DNA from: Armatimonadota bacterium | Lineage (GTDB): Bacteria; Armatimonadota; Armatimonadia; Armatimonadales; Armatimonadaceae | Assembly (NCBI GenBank): GCA_043754515.1 | Contig: JAYUUO010000157.1 | Coordinates: 1 to 36,308, forward strand | Direction of reading: 5' to 3' | Length of the DNA stretch: 36,308 nucleotides | Shown: in pieces, positions 27,839-36,308 of the stretch | How the letters are laid out: every line of letters begins with the position of its first letter | Position numbering within the stretch: the first letter of the stretch is position 1 | Program-made: the position numbers and the translations under genes | Notes under the pieces: generated by a model | Database searches by the model: none | Told to the model about the DNA's origin: nothing | Seen by the model: the letters and a program-made list of their open reading frames with translations, nothing else

Positions 27839-28197
27839 CGTGCTACCCTCCCGACGGCTGTGAACCCGATCATAGCCATGCCTGCGGGCGACGTATAAAA
27901 CCCATCGGTGATCAGTTCCGCGAGCCGGTGAAACGCCATTCCGGTTTCCGGTGCCACCGCGCACCGGTCGAGTAGTAGGTCCTGCACGGACGGTGGTACC
28001 CCCGAGAACGCGCCTGCGGTGTTCAGGCATGCCAGCAGACCCGACAGGTCGCTCGCGAAGTCGGGTGCCGCTCCGCCCGGCGCGAGTTCGCGGAGTAGGT
28101 AGGGGAGGGCGGCGGGGCCGCCCTCGGGCTCTAGGGCGTCGGCGGGTATTAAGCGGGCGGCGACGCTCCGCAGGGTGCTTAGTTCTTCGGATGTCAT
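27835..28197 (-). CDS. Gluconate 2-dehydrogenase subunit 3 family small subunit
   Basis: TLRSVAARLIPAD…F…Q..LL…FHRLAELITDGFYTSPAG…IGF; translationally coupled to the GMC gene. Confidence 0.82.
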   Translation of the reverse strand: MTSEELSTLRSVAARLIPADALEPEGGPAALPYLLRELAPGGAAPDFASDLSGLLACLNTAGAFSGVPPSVQDLLLDRCAVAPETGMAFHRLAELITDGFYTSPAGMAMIGFTAVGRVAR

Positions 28198-28273
28198 GGT
28201 AATGAAATATATTGCGCTATCGGATCGTGAGTTTCCTTCCTATCGCTCGCCAGCGGCTGGCCAAGGCGTGAGC

Positions 28274-29194
28274 CTACCGACCTGTCACTGGCGGTTGTTG
28301 TGCCGCGCGGCGATATGCGTCGGGGGAGCAGTCGAACCGCGCCCGGAATAGGCGGTAGAAGTAGGACAGTTGCGCGAACCCGCATTCCGACGCGATCTCG
28401 ATAATCGGGCGCATCGTCGTCGTCAAAAGAAGCGCGGCGCGCGCGGTGCGCAGATCGTTGACGTACTGCGTCGGCGTCTTCCCGCTCGTCGCCTTCAGAG
28501 TGCGGGCGAGGTGCGTGTAGCTGACGCCGGTCAGCGTCGTCAGTCGCGGGAGCCCTTCCACGAGGTAATCCGCGTTCGCGGCGAAGGCGCGCCGGGCGCG
28601 GAAGAGCCAGGGTGGGCCGTCGTCGTCCGCGCCGTCGGGCGCGGGCGCGGTTCCCGGGAGGAGGTGCCGCGTTGCTTCCGACAGGAAATGGCACAGGTCG
28701 AGTCGGTCCGGGGGCGGGGCACCGGATAACACCGCCGCGTGGAACCGCTGCAAGGCGGTTTCGAACGTCCCGGAGCAACCTGCCCGTGCCTCGCCGCGCA
28801 ACGCGGCCGCCGGTTGCACGGGCTTGTCCGCCTGCTCCCAGGCGGCGGCGGGCAGTCCGGCGGCGGCGCGGAATGCCACCCAGGAGGCGAATGGGAAGGC
28901 GATGTTCATCCACTGTAGCCGCCGGCCGGGTAGCCCGTTGAAGCCGTGGCTGTCGTCGGGGCGGATGAACAGCAGACTTCCCGCCTCGAGCGGCGTCGTG
29001 TCTATCCGTCCCTCCCGCGACACGCGGTGCTCCCCCGTCCCGACCAGGACGTACATCAGCTCGCAGAAGTCGTGCCGGTGCATCGGGATGTAGGCACCCT
29101 CGTCGTACTGGGCTGCGTGGAGAATGGCGTGGTACGCGGCGTCCCCGGGCAGATCCGCCCACAGCAGGCGAGGTATCGTTTCGTCTTGTGCCAT
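28274..29194 (-). CDS. AraC-family regulator (cupin + HTH, ChbR-like)
   Basis: MHRHDFCELMYVLVGTGEH, FIRPDDSH, IASECGFAQLSYFYRLFR. Confidence 0.92.
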   Translation of the reverse strand: MAQDETIPRLLWADLPGDAAYHAILHAAQYDEGAYIPMHRHDFCELMYVLVGTGEHRVSREGRIDTTPLEAGSLLFIRPDDSHGFNGLPGRRLQWMNIAFPFASWVAFRAAAGLPAAAWEQADKPVQPAAALRGEARAGCSGTFETALQRFHAAVLSGAPPPDRLDLCHFLSEATRHLLPGTAPAPDGADDDGPPWLFRARRAFAANADYLVEGLPRLTTLTGVSYTHLARTLKATSGKTPTQYVNDLRTARAALLLTTTMRPIIEIASECGFAQLSYFYRLFRARFDCSPDAYRRAAQQPPVTGR

Positions 29195-29218
29195 ACGTGT
29201 TATAAATATCTAACAGTT

Positions 29219-30580
29219 GAGGTAGTTTCAAAAATCGGTTCGAGATGCCGACAACTATATCGTGACAGACACCCCCCACTCAAACAACGACCGAGAAGCG
29301 TTTACTCCACCCATGCAAGCATGGGTACCCGCTTTCCCCATACTGGCTGGAGATCCACAACAAACTGTTCCCCTTGCTCGCGGAAGCCGCCCAAGAAAAA
29401 CCGACCGAGCAAATCCAGCGGGTCGCCCAGATACTGGAAATCGTGCGCATCAAGGAGTCTGTATTGGTGAAAAAAGGAGGGGGCAAAGGCAGACCGCAAG
29501 TAGATCGCCGCCCCCTCGCGTGCGCCTTCGTCGCTAAAGCGGTTCTTAATCAAGAAAATCGCCTCGGGCGATTTCTCTGACTACCTGAAACCAAGACCCT
29601 GATCGAGCAACTGCGACAGAACCTCTGACTCCGTAAAGTCTGCGGCATGGATAGTGTGCCGAGTAAGGCAACCTTTAGCCGTGCCTTCTCGTTGTTCTGC
29701 AAGCATGGGTTGGGAGATAAGGTTCATGAAGCCCTCATAGACCAGTTCGTTTCCGGTAAGGGGGATGATCGCCCTATCGTCTTGCACGTCAGCCACGGCG
29801 GAGAAATCGCCCCGAGCGATTTTCTTGATTCGACAGCGGTTGAGTCACGCGAGCGCGGGGGCGGGAAGCGAATCAAGCAAGCACAGGAGAAAAAAACGCG
29901 GCAGACCCTGTGAAGGGGAAGAACGTCCCCCGCCTGAGCCGACCCGCTTGGAGCGTCAAGTGGACTTGCCCTTCGGCGAAGCGTTCTCCGAGTTGCCGAC
30001 GGCTTGTAGCTGGGGAATCAAGCGCGACACGGACGGGAATACCTACCGCTGGCGCGTCGGACAAAACGGATTTTGTCCTGTCTACAAGGCGCATATCTCG
30101 TGGGGGGACAATATGATGCCGTTAGGCTGTTTCATCAGTTCCGCTTCGCTCCACGATAGTCAGGTCGGACAATTTCGCCGCGAAACTTCCTGTCTATCGC
30201 GTTGATGAAACGCTTAACGACATCGGTCACGAGTTTTTATGATCTGATGGGCAGTGCCTACGACGCGGGCAACATCCGTAAGGTGAGCGAAGCATTGGGT
30301 CATGTACCCATCATTGACGCGAACCCGCGACGTGGGAAAAGGGAAGCCGTAGGGGACCCGGTTGCGTGTTATACGTTCGTGCCGGCGGAGCGCGTTCGCT
30401 AGAAAGAGCGCGGTAACGCGGAGCGTGGAAACAGTCGCCTGAAAGACTCTTTCGGCTTGCGTTTTGTACGGGTGCGCGGACACGACAAAGTACACTTGCA
30501 CATCATGTTCGGGATTATTGCTTTGTTCGCCGACCAGTTGCTTAAGCCACTGGTCTGAAAGACATTTTTGAAACTACCTC
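29219..30580 (+). mobile_element. Insertion sequence, 1362 bp, perfect 17-bp terminal inverted repeats, probable TT target duplication
   Basis: GAGGTAGTTTCAAAAAT (29219-29235) / ATTTTTGAAACTACCTC (30564-30580); TT flanks both ends; encloses a DDE transposase. Confidence 0.9.
29262..30558 (+). pseudogene. DDE transposase (DUF772 + DDE_Tnp_1 type; family IS5/IS1182/ISNCY-like, not resolved), inactivated
   Basis: AFVAKAVL, VPSKATFSRAF, DSTAVE, SASLHDSQV, DLMGSAYD (second Asp to Gly), GHVPIIDANPRRG, ERGNSRLKDSFG, RVRG..KV..HIMFG; stops, frameshifts and hairpin insertions. Confidence 0.88.
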
Positions 30581-30582
30581 TT

Positions 30583-32061
30583 ATGACAACACCTTCTTTC
30601 GCATCACGTATTTCGGGCGGCTGGATCGGAAAGTCCGTCGGCGGCACGCTCGGTATTCCCGCCGAGGGCCGTATGGAGCGGCTTTCCTACACATTCTACA
30701 ATCCCATCCCGACCTCGGCACCGCCGAACGACGACCTGGAACTGCAACTGGTCTGGCTCCATCTGCTGGAAACGCGCGGCGTGAACCTGACGCAACGCGA
30801 TTTAGCGGATGGCTGGCTCGCCCATATCCACTACATGTGGGACGAGTACGGGTGCTGTCGCTGGAACCTGCGGCGCGGGGTCCCGGCCGCTGAGGCCGGG
30901 ACGTTCGAGAACCCGTTCGCATCCGGGATGGGCTCGCCGATCCGCTCCGAGATATGGGCGGCGGTGTCGGGCGGTGATGCCGGGCTCGCGGAACGGTACG
31001 CCGCGCTCGACGCGTCTCTGGATCACGGCGTGGAAGGGATCGTGGGCAAGGTGTTCTTCGCGGGAATGCAGGGGCGGGTCCTCGCGGGCGTCGCCGTCGA
31101 GGAGGCACTGCGTGAATCGGTGTCGAAGTTAGATGCCGCGACCGATACCGCCGCCGTGCTCCTCATTGTTCTGAGGAATTACGACAGTGGGGTCGAGGCC
31201 TGGGCATGTCGCGACCGCTTGCTAGCCGCTCACGACAGCGAAAACTTCACCCATGCCCCGCTCAATGTCGCGCTGACCGCGTGGGCGCTTTTTTATGGGA
31301 AGGGCGACTTTAAAGACAGTATTCTGCTCGCCGTGAACGGGGGCTATGACCCCGACTGCACCGGCGCGACCGTGGGCGCGACACTCGGGATGGTGTCCGG
31401 TGAGGAGGGCATCCCCCGCCGCTGGCGCGACCCGATCGGTGACGTGCTCCTGATCGGCCCCGGCATCCAGGGTATTGACGCGCCACGAACGCTGACGGAG
31501 TTGACGCGGCGAACAGTCGCCATTGCCGAGCAGATTCGGCAATCCGGCGCGACCGTTGGCGCGGTGCCGAACCCGGTCGGAAGCATTTCCGTTGCCGATC
31601 TGCCGGGGACGATACAAGTGTCGCCGCTTGGTAGCACGGCTTTCATCTCTTGAGCGAATGGCGAACTGCCCGAAGAAGCGAAGTCGGCGGGCGGCATGAC
31701 GTGGCGGTGGACTATAAACGCTGACGAGTATGGAACCGACTACCAACTGATCGCGCTCGCGTCGGGCGGGTGCCGGTTGTACTTGGACGACGAACTCGCG
31801 TTGACGTGTGCGCCGGGAACGCCGTATGTCCCCGCCACGCATCGGTCTGCGTGTCAGCGGCGGTTCATGGCGGCGAAATCGGAGTACACGGTTCGGGTAG
31901 AACTCGACCGGCGCGGCCCGGAGCAGAGTGCCGGGGTGATGCTCGCCACCGGCAACCTGCATCTCGCGCCGTGGTCGGGGGTGACGCTCCCTCATGTCAC
32001 GCGCCTTGCGCCGCGTGAGCAGTCCGTGGGCCTGTCCGAAGATGATGTTGCCATTGTGTAA
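30583..32061 (+). pseudogene. ADP-ribosylglycohydrolase-family protein with C-terminal beta-rich domain, split by an in-frame TGA at 31651
   Basis: GGWIGKSVGGTLG, PNDDLELQ, GMGSPIRSEIWA, NGGYDPDCTGATVG; ORF 31696-32061 is in the same frame. Confidence 0.75.
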
Positions 32062-32136
32062 CCAGGATAGTTTTTTGCAAGACGTGATATCGCTCGTGCG
32101 GTAGATTAGTACAACCTGAAAGGATATTGACAAACC

Positions 32137-32874
32137 ATGAACTCACGACTGACGCCGGAGCAGATCGGCCACTACAACACGGACGGCTATACGCTCTTTA
32201 AACAGTCTGTCTTTCCCTCCGATAAGTTCGCCGAACTGAAGGCAATTTTCGAGGAAGACCTCGCCCGCTATCCGGAGTGCGATCTCGACATGATCCACAC
32301 CCGCGACGCGCGGCTACTGCCGTTCCTGCTCGCCCCGGAAGTGCTCGACCTAGTGGAACCGCTCATCGGCCCGAACATCGGCCTATGGGCCTCGCACCTG
32401 ATCAGCAAGCCGCCTTTCACCGGCAAGGCGACCCCGTGGCACGAGGACTCGGCGTACTGGGACGGCCGCGTCTCGACCATGGAGGGCATCTGCACCGTGT
32501 GGCTCGCGATTGACCGCGCGACTCCCGAGAACGGCTCGATGGGCGTGATCCCGGGGAGTCAGGTCGGCGGCTTCTCGGAGTATGAGGCGGTTGACGGGGG
32601 CAAAAACATCTTCGGGACGCAGGTCAAGCAGGGCGCGTTCGACGAGTCGAAGTCAATCTACTTCTCGCTGGAGCCGAACGAGTGTAGTCTGCACGAGGGG
32701 CGCATCATCCACGGTGCCCAGGCGAACACGTCACCCAACCGACGCGCGGGGTACACGATGCGCTACTTCCCGCTCACCAGCGAGGTGTTCGCGGACAACC
32801 CGCGCAACGCGGGGCACAAAATCTACCTCGCTCGTGGCACGGATCAGACGGGGCGCAACCGCTTCGCGAACTGA
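32137..32874 (+). CDS. Phytanoyl-CoA dioxygenase (PhyH) family Fe/2OG enzyme
   Basis: TPWHEDSAYW (HxD), VWLAID.ATPENGSM.VIPGS, HGAQANTSPNRR; AAAGGA RBS. Confidence 0.9.
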   Translation: MNSRLTPEQIGHYNTDGYTLFKQSVFPSDKFAELKAIFEEDLARYPECDLDMIHTRDARLLPFLLAPEVLDLVEPLIGPNIGLWASHLISKPPFTGKATPWHEDSAYWDGRVSTMEGICTVWLAIDRATPENGSMGVIPGSQVGGFSEYEAVDGGKNIFGTQVKQGAFDESKSIYFSLEPNECSLHEGRIIHGAQANTSPNRRAGYTMRYFPLTSEVFADNPRNAGHKIYLARGTDQTGRNRFAN

Positions 32875-32907
32875 CGGGGCGTTGGTGCGACAGTACGATA
32901 ACGCATG

Positions 32908-32945
32908 AATCGAGCGGGGGACGGAAACGCCCCCGCCCGATTTTT
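32908..32945 (+). terminator. Rho-independent terminator
   Basis: GC-rich stem GCGGGGG…CCCCCGC with GAAA loop, followed by TTTTT. Confidence 0.6.
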
Positions 32946-33130
32946 CGCTCCTCGGGAATCGCGGGCGACCACGTCACCTCCGTCTAAGACAATTCACAGA
33001 CGCGCTACAAAACATTCTTGCGCCGCGCGGACTATAATGCTTCGGTAGATCAGCCGCGCGAGCCTGTCGTTCGCGCAACCGAATGCGACCGACCCGTTCG
33101 ACTACTTCCCTTACTCAGAAAGCAAAACCT

Positions 33131-34159
33131 ATGAAGCATTTTCCGTCTGTTCTTCTCGCGATTACCGCGCTCGCCGTGCTGACTCTCCCCGCCGCCCATG
33201 CCGCGCCCCCGGTGGACGCCGCGAAGTTCCACGAAATCAAGCGTTTCGAACTCGGCGGCGAGGGACGCTGGGACTACATTATTCTCGACCCGGCCACGCA
33301 CCACCTGTTTATCTCCCGCTCCTCGCATGTGATGGTGGTGAATACAAAAACGGGTAAAGCCATCGGCGACATACCCAACACGACCGGTGTTCACGGGATC
33401 GCGCTCGACACGGTGATGCATAGGGGCTACACCAGCAACGGCGGCGACAATACGGTCACCGTTTTCGACACGAACACGTTCAAGGAAACGAAGCGGATCA
33501 AGGTCGGCACCGATCCAGATTGCATCATTTTCGACCCAGCTACCTCGCGCGTTTTCACATTCAACGGCGACGGCGAATCGGCGACCGCGATTGACACCGC
33601 GACCGGGACCGTGGCAGGTGAGATCCCGCTCGGCGGCAAGCCGGAGTTCGCCGTTTCGGACAGCAGGGGCATGGTCTACGTCAATATCGAGGACAAGAGC
33701 GAGATCGTCGCCATTGACGCCAAAACGCTGAAAATCAAGGCCCGCTACCCGCTCGCGCCGGGCGAGTCGGCGGCGGGCCTGTCTATAGACCGCAAGAGCC
33801 GCCGCTTGTTCTCGACCTGTCACAACGAAAAAATGATCGTGATGGACGCCGATACCGGCAAGGTGCTTGCCTCCCCGACAATCGGCAAGGGCACCGACGC
33901 CAGCGCGTTCGATGAAGCGGCGGGCCTCGCGTTCTCCTCGAACGGCGACGCCACTTTAACCGTTGTCAAGGCGGACGCGGGCGGCAAGTACTCGGTCGTG
34001 GCGAACACCAAAACGGCACCGGGCGCGCGGACGATGACGATTGACCCGACCACGCACACGATCTACCTACCTATAGCGAAGTACGGCCCTGCCGTAGCGG
34101 GCGCGAAGCGACCGACGGCGATCCCCAACTCGTTCGCTATCCTGGTCATCGGTCAGTAG
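33131..34159 (+). CDS. Secreted YncE/YVTN-type beta-propeller protein
   Basis: Signal peptide (AHA-A); GRWDYI, GVHGIA, GKPEFAV, GARTMTIDP; TATAAT at 33033-33038. Confidence 0.88.
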   Translation: MKHFPSVLLAITALAVLTLPAAHAAPPVDAAKFHEIKRFELGGEGRWDYIILDPATHHLFISRSSHVMVVNTKTGKAIGDIPNTTGVHGIALDTVMHRGYTSNGGDNTVTVFDTNTFKETKRIKVGTDPDCIIFDPATSRVFTFNGDGESATAIDTATGTVAGEIPLGGKPEFAVSDSRGMVYVNIEDKSEIVAIDAKTLKIKARYPLAPGESAAGLSIDRKSRRLFSTCHNEKMIVMDADTGKVLASPTIGKGTDASAFDEAAGLAFSSNGDATLTVVKADAGGKYSVVANTKTAPGARTMTIDPTTHTIYLPIAKYGPAVAGAKRPTAIPNSFAILVIGQ

Positions 34160-34427
34160 AGGAACGGCGTCATCGCCCTCCAAAAAAAGAAGTAGGAGTT
34201 ATACGGGTACGCATTCTTGCGCCGGAGTTCCTCCGTCCGAAGAACGTCCGGCAACGGAGTTGCCTATTCGGGCAATCGTCAAAACAAGTTTTGACTGTAC
34301 TTGTTTTGCCGATGACGTGGGTTTCAACCCGCGTTTTTCGGTTGCGTAACTCCTATGAAACAGAGCCAGGACATCCGTGCCCCGGCTCTCGAACTGCTGC
34401 GGCTCCAACCGCCGGACAAATCGACCC

Positions 34428-35564
34428 ATGAACACACATAAAATTACCCGCTCACTGCTCGCGTTCGCCTTGCTGGCGGCGAGCCTGACGGCAACCCTGG
34501 CCGCGAAGATCCAATCGCCCGCGACGGACACAACCGGCGTCGTCAAAGGCCCGTATCCGATGCTACCAACCATGGATTCCGTGACGGTGTGCTGGGTTAG
34601 CGACGCGGAGACGACCGGGGGATCGGTTCGGCTCGCTCCCGCAGTGACTGCCAACCCTGCAACCGGCAAAACGGTTACCGAGTCCGGCGCGAAGACGCGC
34701 TACCACCGGCTCAAGATTGCTGGATTGAAGCCATACACCCGCTACGCCTATCAGGTGACGGAAGGCGGGAAGGCGAGCAAGCCCGCGACCTTTCTCACCG
34801 CGCCGAAGCCGGATCAGCCGTTCCACTTCATCGCCTACGGCGATACGCGCACCCAGCCTGATAAGCACGCGTCCGTGATCGCCCGCGTCCTGACGTTCCA
34901 CCCCGACTTCGTGATCCAGACGGGGGATCTGGTCGCGGACGGCACGAACGAATCGCAGTGGGATGTTTTCTGGCAGATCGAGACTCCTTTGCTCCGTGAC
35001 ACCGCGTATTACCCGGCTCTCGGCAACCACGAGAAAGAAGGCGCGCCCTACTTCCGCTACTTCGGTGTCCCGCAGGAGTACAGTTTCGACTACGGGAACA
35101 CCCATTTCGTCGCGCTCGACACCAACCGTCCGGATTCCGAACTGAAGCAACAGGAGGAGTTCCTGCGCAAGGATCTGCTCGCGCACCAAAAAGCGACATG
35201 GCGCGTCGTATTCTTCCACCACACGCCTTATACCTGCGTGGACAAACCAGGGAGGCGGGAACTCGCGAAGGCGTTAAGCGCACGGCTGGAACCGATTCTG
35301 GTCGAGGGCAGAGTGCAACTCGTCGTTAACGGCCACGATCACGACTACCAGCGGCATGTCCCGCCGTCCGGCATCACGTACCTCGTGACGGGCGGCGGCG
35401 GTGCCCCGCTCTATCCGGTCACGCCGGACACGCCGTACGTCAAGAAAGCGAAGTCGGTGTATAACGACTGCGAGATAACTGTGGATGGTGGAACAATCAA
35501 AGTTCGCGCGGTCGAGCCGGACGGCACGGAGATAGAGCACTTCACGCTAACGGCTAACCGGTAG
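34428..35564 (+). CDS. Secreted purple-acid-phosphatase-like metallophosphoesterase with FN3-like N-terminal domain
   Basis: YGDTR, TGDLV, LGNHE, FFHH, NGHDH motifs; GLKPYTRYAY; signal peptide. Confidence 0.9.
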   Translation: MNTHKITRSLLAFALLAASLTATLAAKIQSPATDTTGVVKGPYPMLPTMDSVTVCWVSDAETTGGSVRLAPAVTANPATGKTVTESGAKTRYHRLKIAGLKPYTRYAYQVTEGGKASKPATFLTAPKPDQPFHFIAYGDTRTQPDKHASVIARVLTFHPDFVIQTGDLVADGTNESQWDVFWQIETPLLRDTAYYPALGNHEKEGAPYFRYFGVPQEYSFDYGNTHFVALDTNRPDSELKQQEEFLRKDLLAHQKATWRVVFFHHTPYTCVDKPGRRELAKALSARLEPILVEGRVQLVVNGHDHDYQRHVPPSGITYLVTGGGGAPLYPVTPDTPYVKKAKSVYNDCEITVDGGTIKVRAVEPDGTEIEHFTLTANR

Positions 35565-35642
35565 TGTTCCCCGACCCCAGTCGCGGCGGGTGCAAGGCTG
35601 GAAATAAGCCGCTGATCACCGCGGCGAGCGAATCAGAAGCAG

Positions 35643-35680
35643 AACGGAGGCTGAAAGCATCATCGCTTTCAGCCCCCGTT
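35643..35680. terminator. Bidirectional terminator between the phosphoesterase and the tRNA operon
   Basis: AACGGAGGCTGAAAGC / GCTTTCAGCCCCCGTT stem. Confidence 0.65.
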
Positions 35681-35705
35681 TTGATGAGGATCACCGGTAT
35701 GAAAC

Positions 35706-35779
35706 CGGAGATGACGGGGCTCGAACCCGCGACCTCCGCCGTGACAGGGCGGCGCTCTAACCGACTGAGCTACACCTCC
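35706..35779 (-). tRNA. tRNA-Asp(GTC)
   Basis: Cloverleaf GGAGGTG…CTGTCAC…GGGTTCGAGCCCC…CATCTCC-G; CCA not encoded. Confidence 0.95.
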
Positions 35780-35806
35780 AAACGAACCGTGCCCGCAGAT
35801 CCGGGA

Positions 35807-35878
35807 TGGGCGAAGAGGGATTCGAACCCCCGACCTTGACTGTGTAAAAGTCCTGCGCTACCACTGCGCCATTCGCCC
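35807..35878 (-). tRNA. tRNA-Val(TAC)
   Basis: GGGCGAA…loop TTTACAC…GGTTCGAATCC…TTCGCCC-A. Confidence 0.93.
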
Positions 35879-35943
35879 GTATCCGATCCGGCCGCGATCA
35901 AGAGCGAATGCCCCCTGTTCCCGGTAAGAGAAGCACGAAGCAA

Positions 35944-35972
35944 AGTATAACGTGCTTAGCCCCCGCTGTCAA
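35944..35972 (-). promoter_or_regulatory. Promoter of tRNA-Val/Asp
   Basis: TTGACA-N17-TATACT on the minus strand. Confidence 0.8.
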
Positions 35973-36032
35973 GTCAACTTCGGAACTTTCACTGGGTGGA
36001 TGGTCGGATGTACCCCGGCTGGCCGTCGCTCC

Positions 36033-36061
36033 TTGACAACGTAGCACGCTCACGGTAGCAT
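36033..36061 (+). promoter_or_regulatory. Promoter of tRNA-Arg/Ser
   Basis: TTGACA-N17-TAGCAT. Confidence 0.75.
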
Positions 36062-36100
36062 AACGAGGCTCCCCGCGAACCATCCGGTTCGCGCGTATTG

Positions 36101-36174
36101 CCCGCCTTAGCTCAGTTGGATAGAGCAGGCCCGTCCTAAGGGCAAGGTCGGGGGTTCGAGTCCCTCAGGCGGGA
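36101..36174 (+). tRNA. tRNA-Arg(CCT)
   Basis: CCCGCCT…loop GTCCTAA…GGTTCGAGTCC…AGGCGGG-A. Confidence 0.92.
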
Positions 36175-36182
36175 TGAAGCGG

Positions 36183-36268
36183 GGAGAGGTCGCATAGTGG
36201 TCTAGTGCGCTCGCCTCGAAAGCGAGTGTGGTGATGAGCCACCGCGGGTTCGAATCCCGCCCTCTCCG
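36183..36268 (+). tRNA. tRNA-Ser(CGA)
   Basis: GGAGAGG…loop CTCGAAA, long variable arm, GGTTCGAATCC, CCTCTCC-G. Confidence 0.95.
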
Positions 36269-36308
36269 CTTACAAAGAAAAGGGTCGCTCCGCGCATACA
36301 CGCGCGGA

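Noticed and set aside
30349..30370. Sixth hairpin insertion (GTAG-headed) in the transposase
   Set aside because: The stem is weak and this region is naturally variable in the transposase family; cannot be supported without an alignment.
31651..31653. Selenocysteine or programmed readthrough at the ARH TGA
   Set aside because: No convincing SECIS-like hairpin follows, the position is not a redox motif, and other decay signs point to a nonsense mutation.

Overview
High-GC bacterial chromosomal window. The DUF1559 pilin-like gene ([21 protein letters not shown]…HX9DG) suggests Armatimonadota or a similar lineage (inference). Left part (1-14.2 kb): namZ-like muramidase, Tat-signal aldo/keto reductase, Gfo/Idh/MocA oxidoreductase, two paralogous secreted orphans, a decayed VapBC pair, a clostripain-family lipoprotein with Ser at the usual catalytic Cys position, an ADP-ribosylglycohydrolase, a frameshifted HTH-PilB/GspE-like fusion with degenerate ATPase motifs, and menG/ubiE plus a polyprenyl synthase. 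At 14.2-15.8 kb is a more AT-rich scar with a structured tandem repeat, a dif-like site and out-of-order fragments of a tyrosine recombinase. 15.9-32.9 kb is a carbohydrate-catabolism region: two AraC and one LacI regulator (with visible operators), a DUF1559-lipoprotein-CBM-GH74 operon, a two-subunit GMC oxidoreductase, and an ARH/PhyH operon cut off from its regulator by a 1.36-kb IS with perfect 17-bp TIRs. The most unusual feature is that this IS transposase is interrupted by at least five separate 24-30 nt REP-like hairpin insertions of two families, and one family recurs elsewhere in the window. The right end has a YncE propeller, a metallophosphoesterase and four tRNAs (Asp, Val, Arg, Ser) in two divergent pairs. 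All protein calls come from motif recognition by eye; no searches were run.
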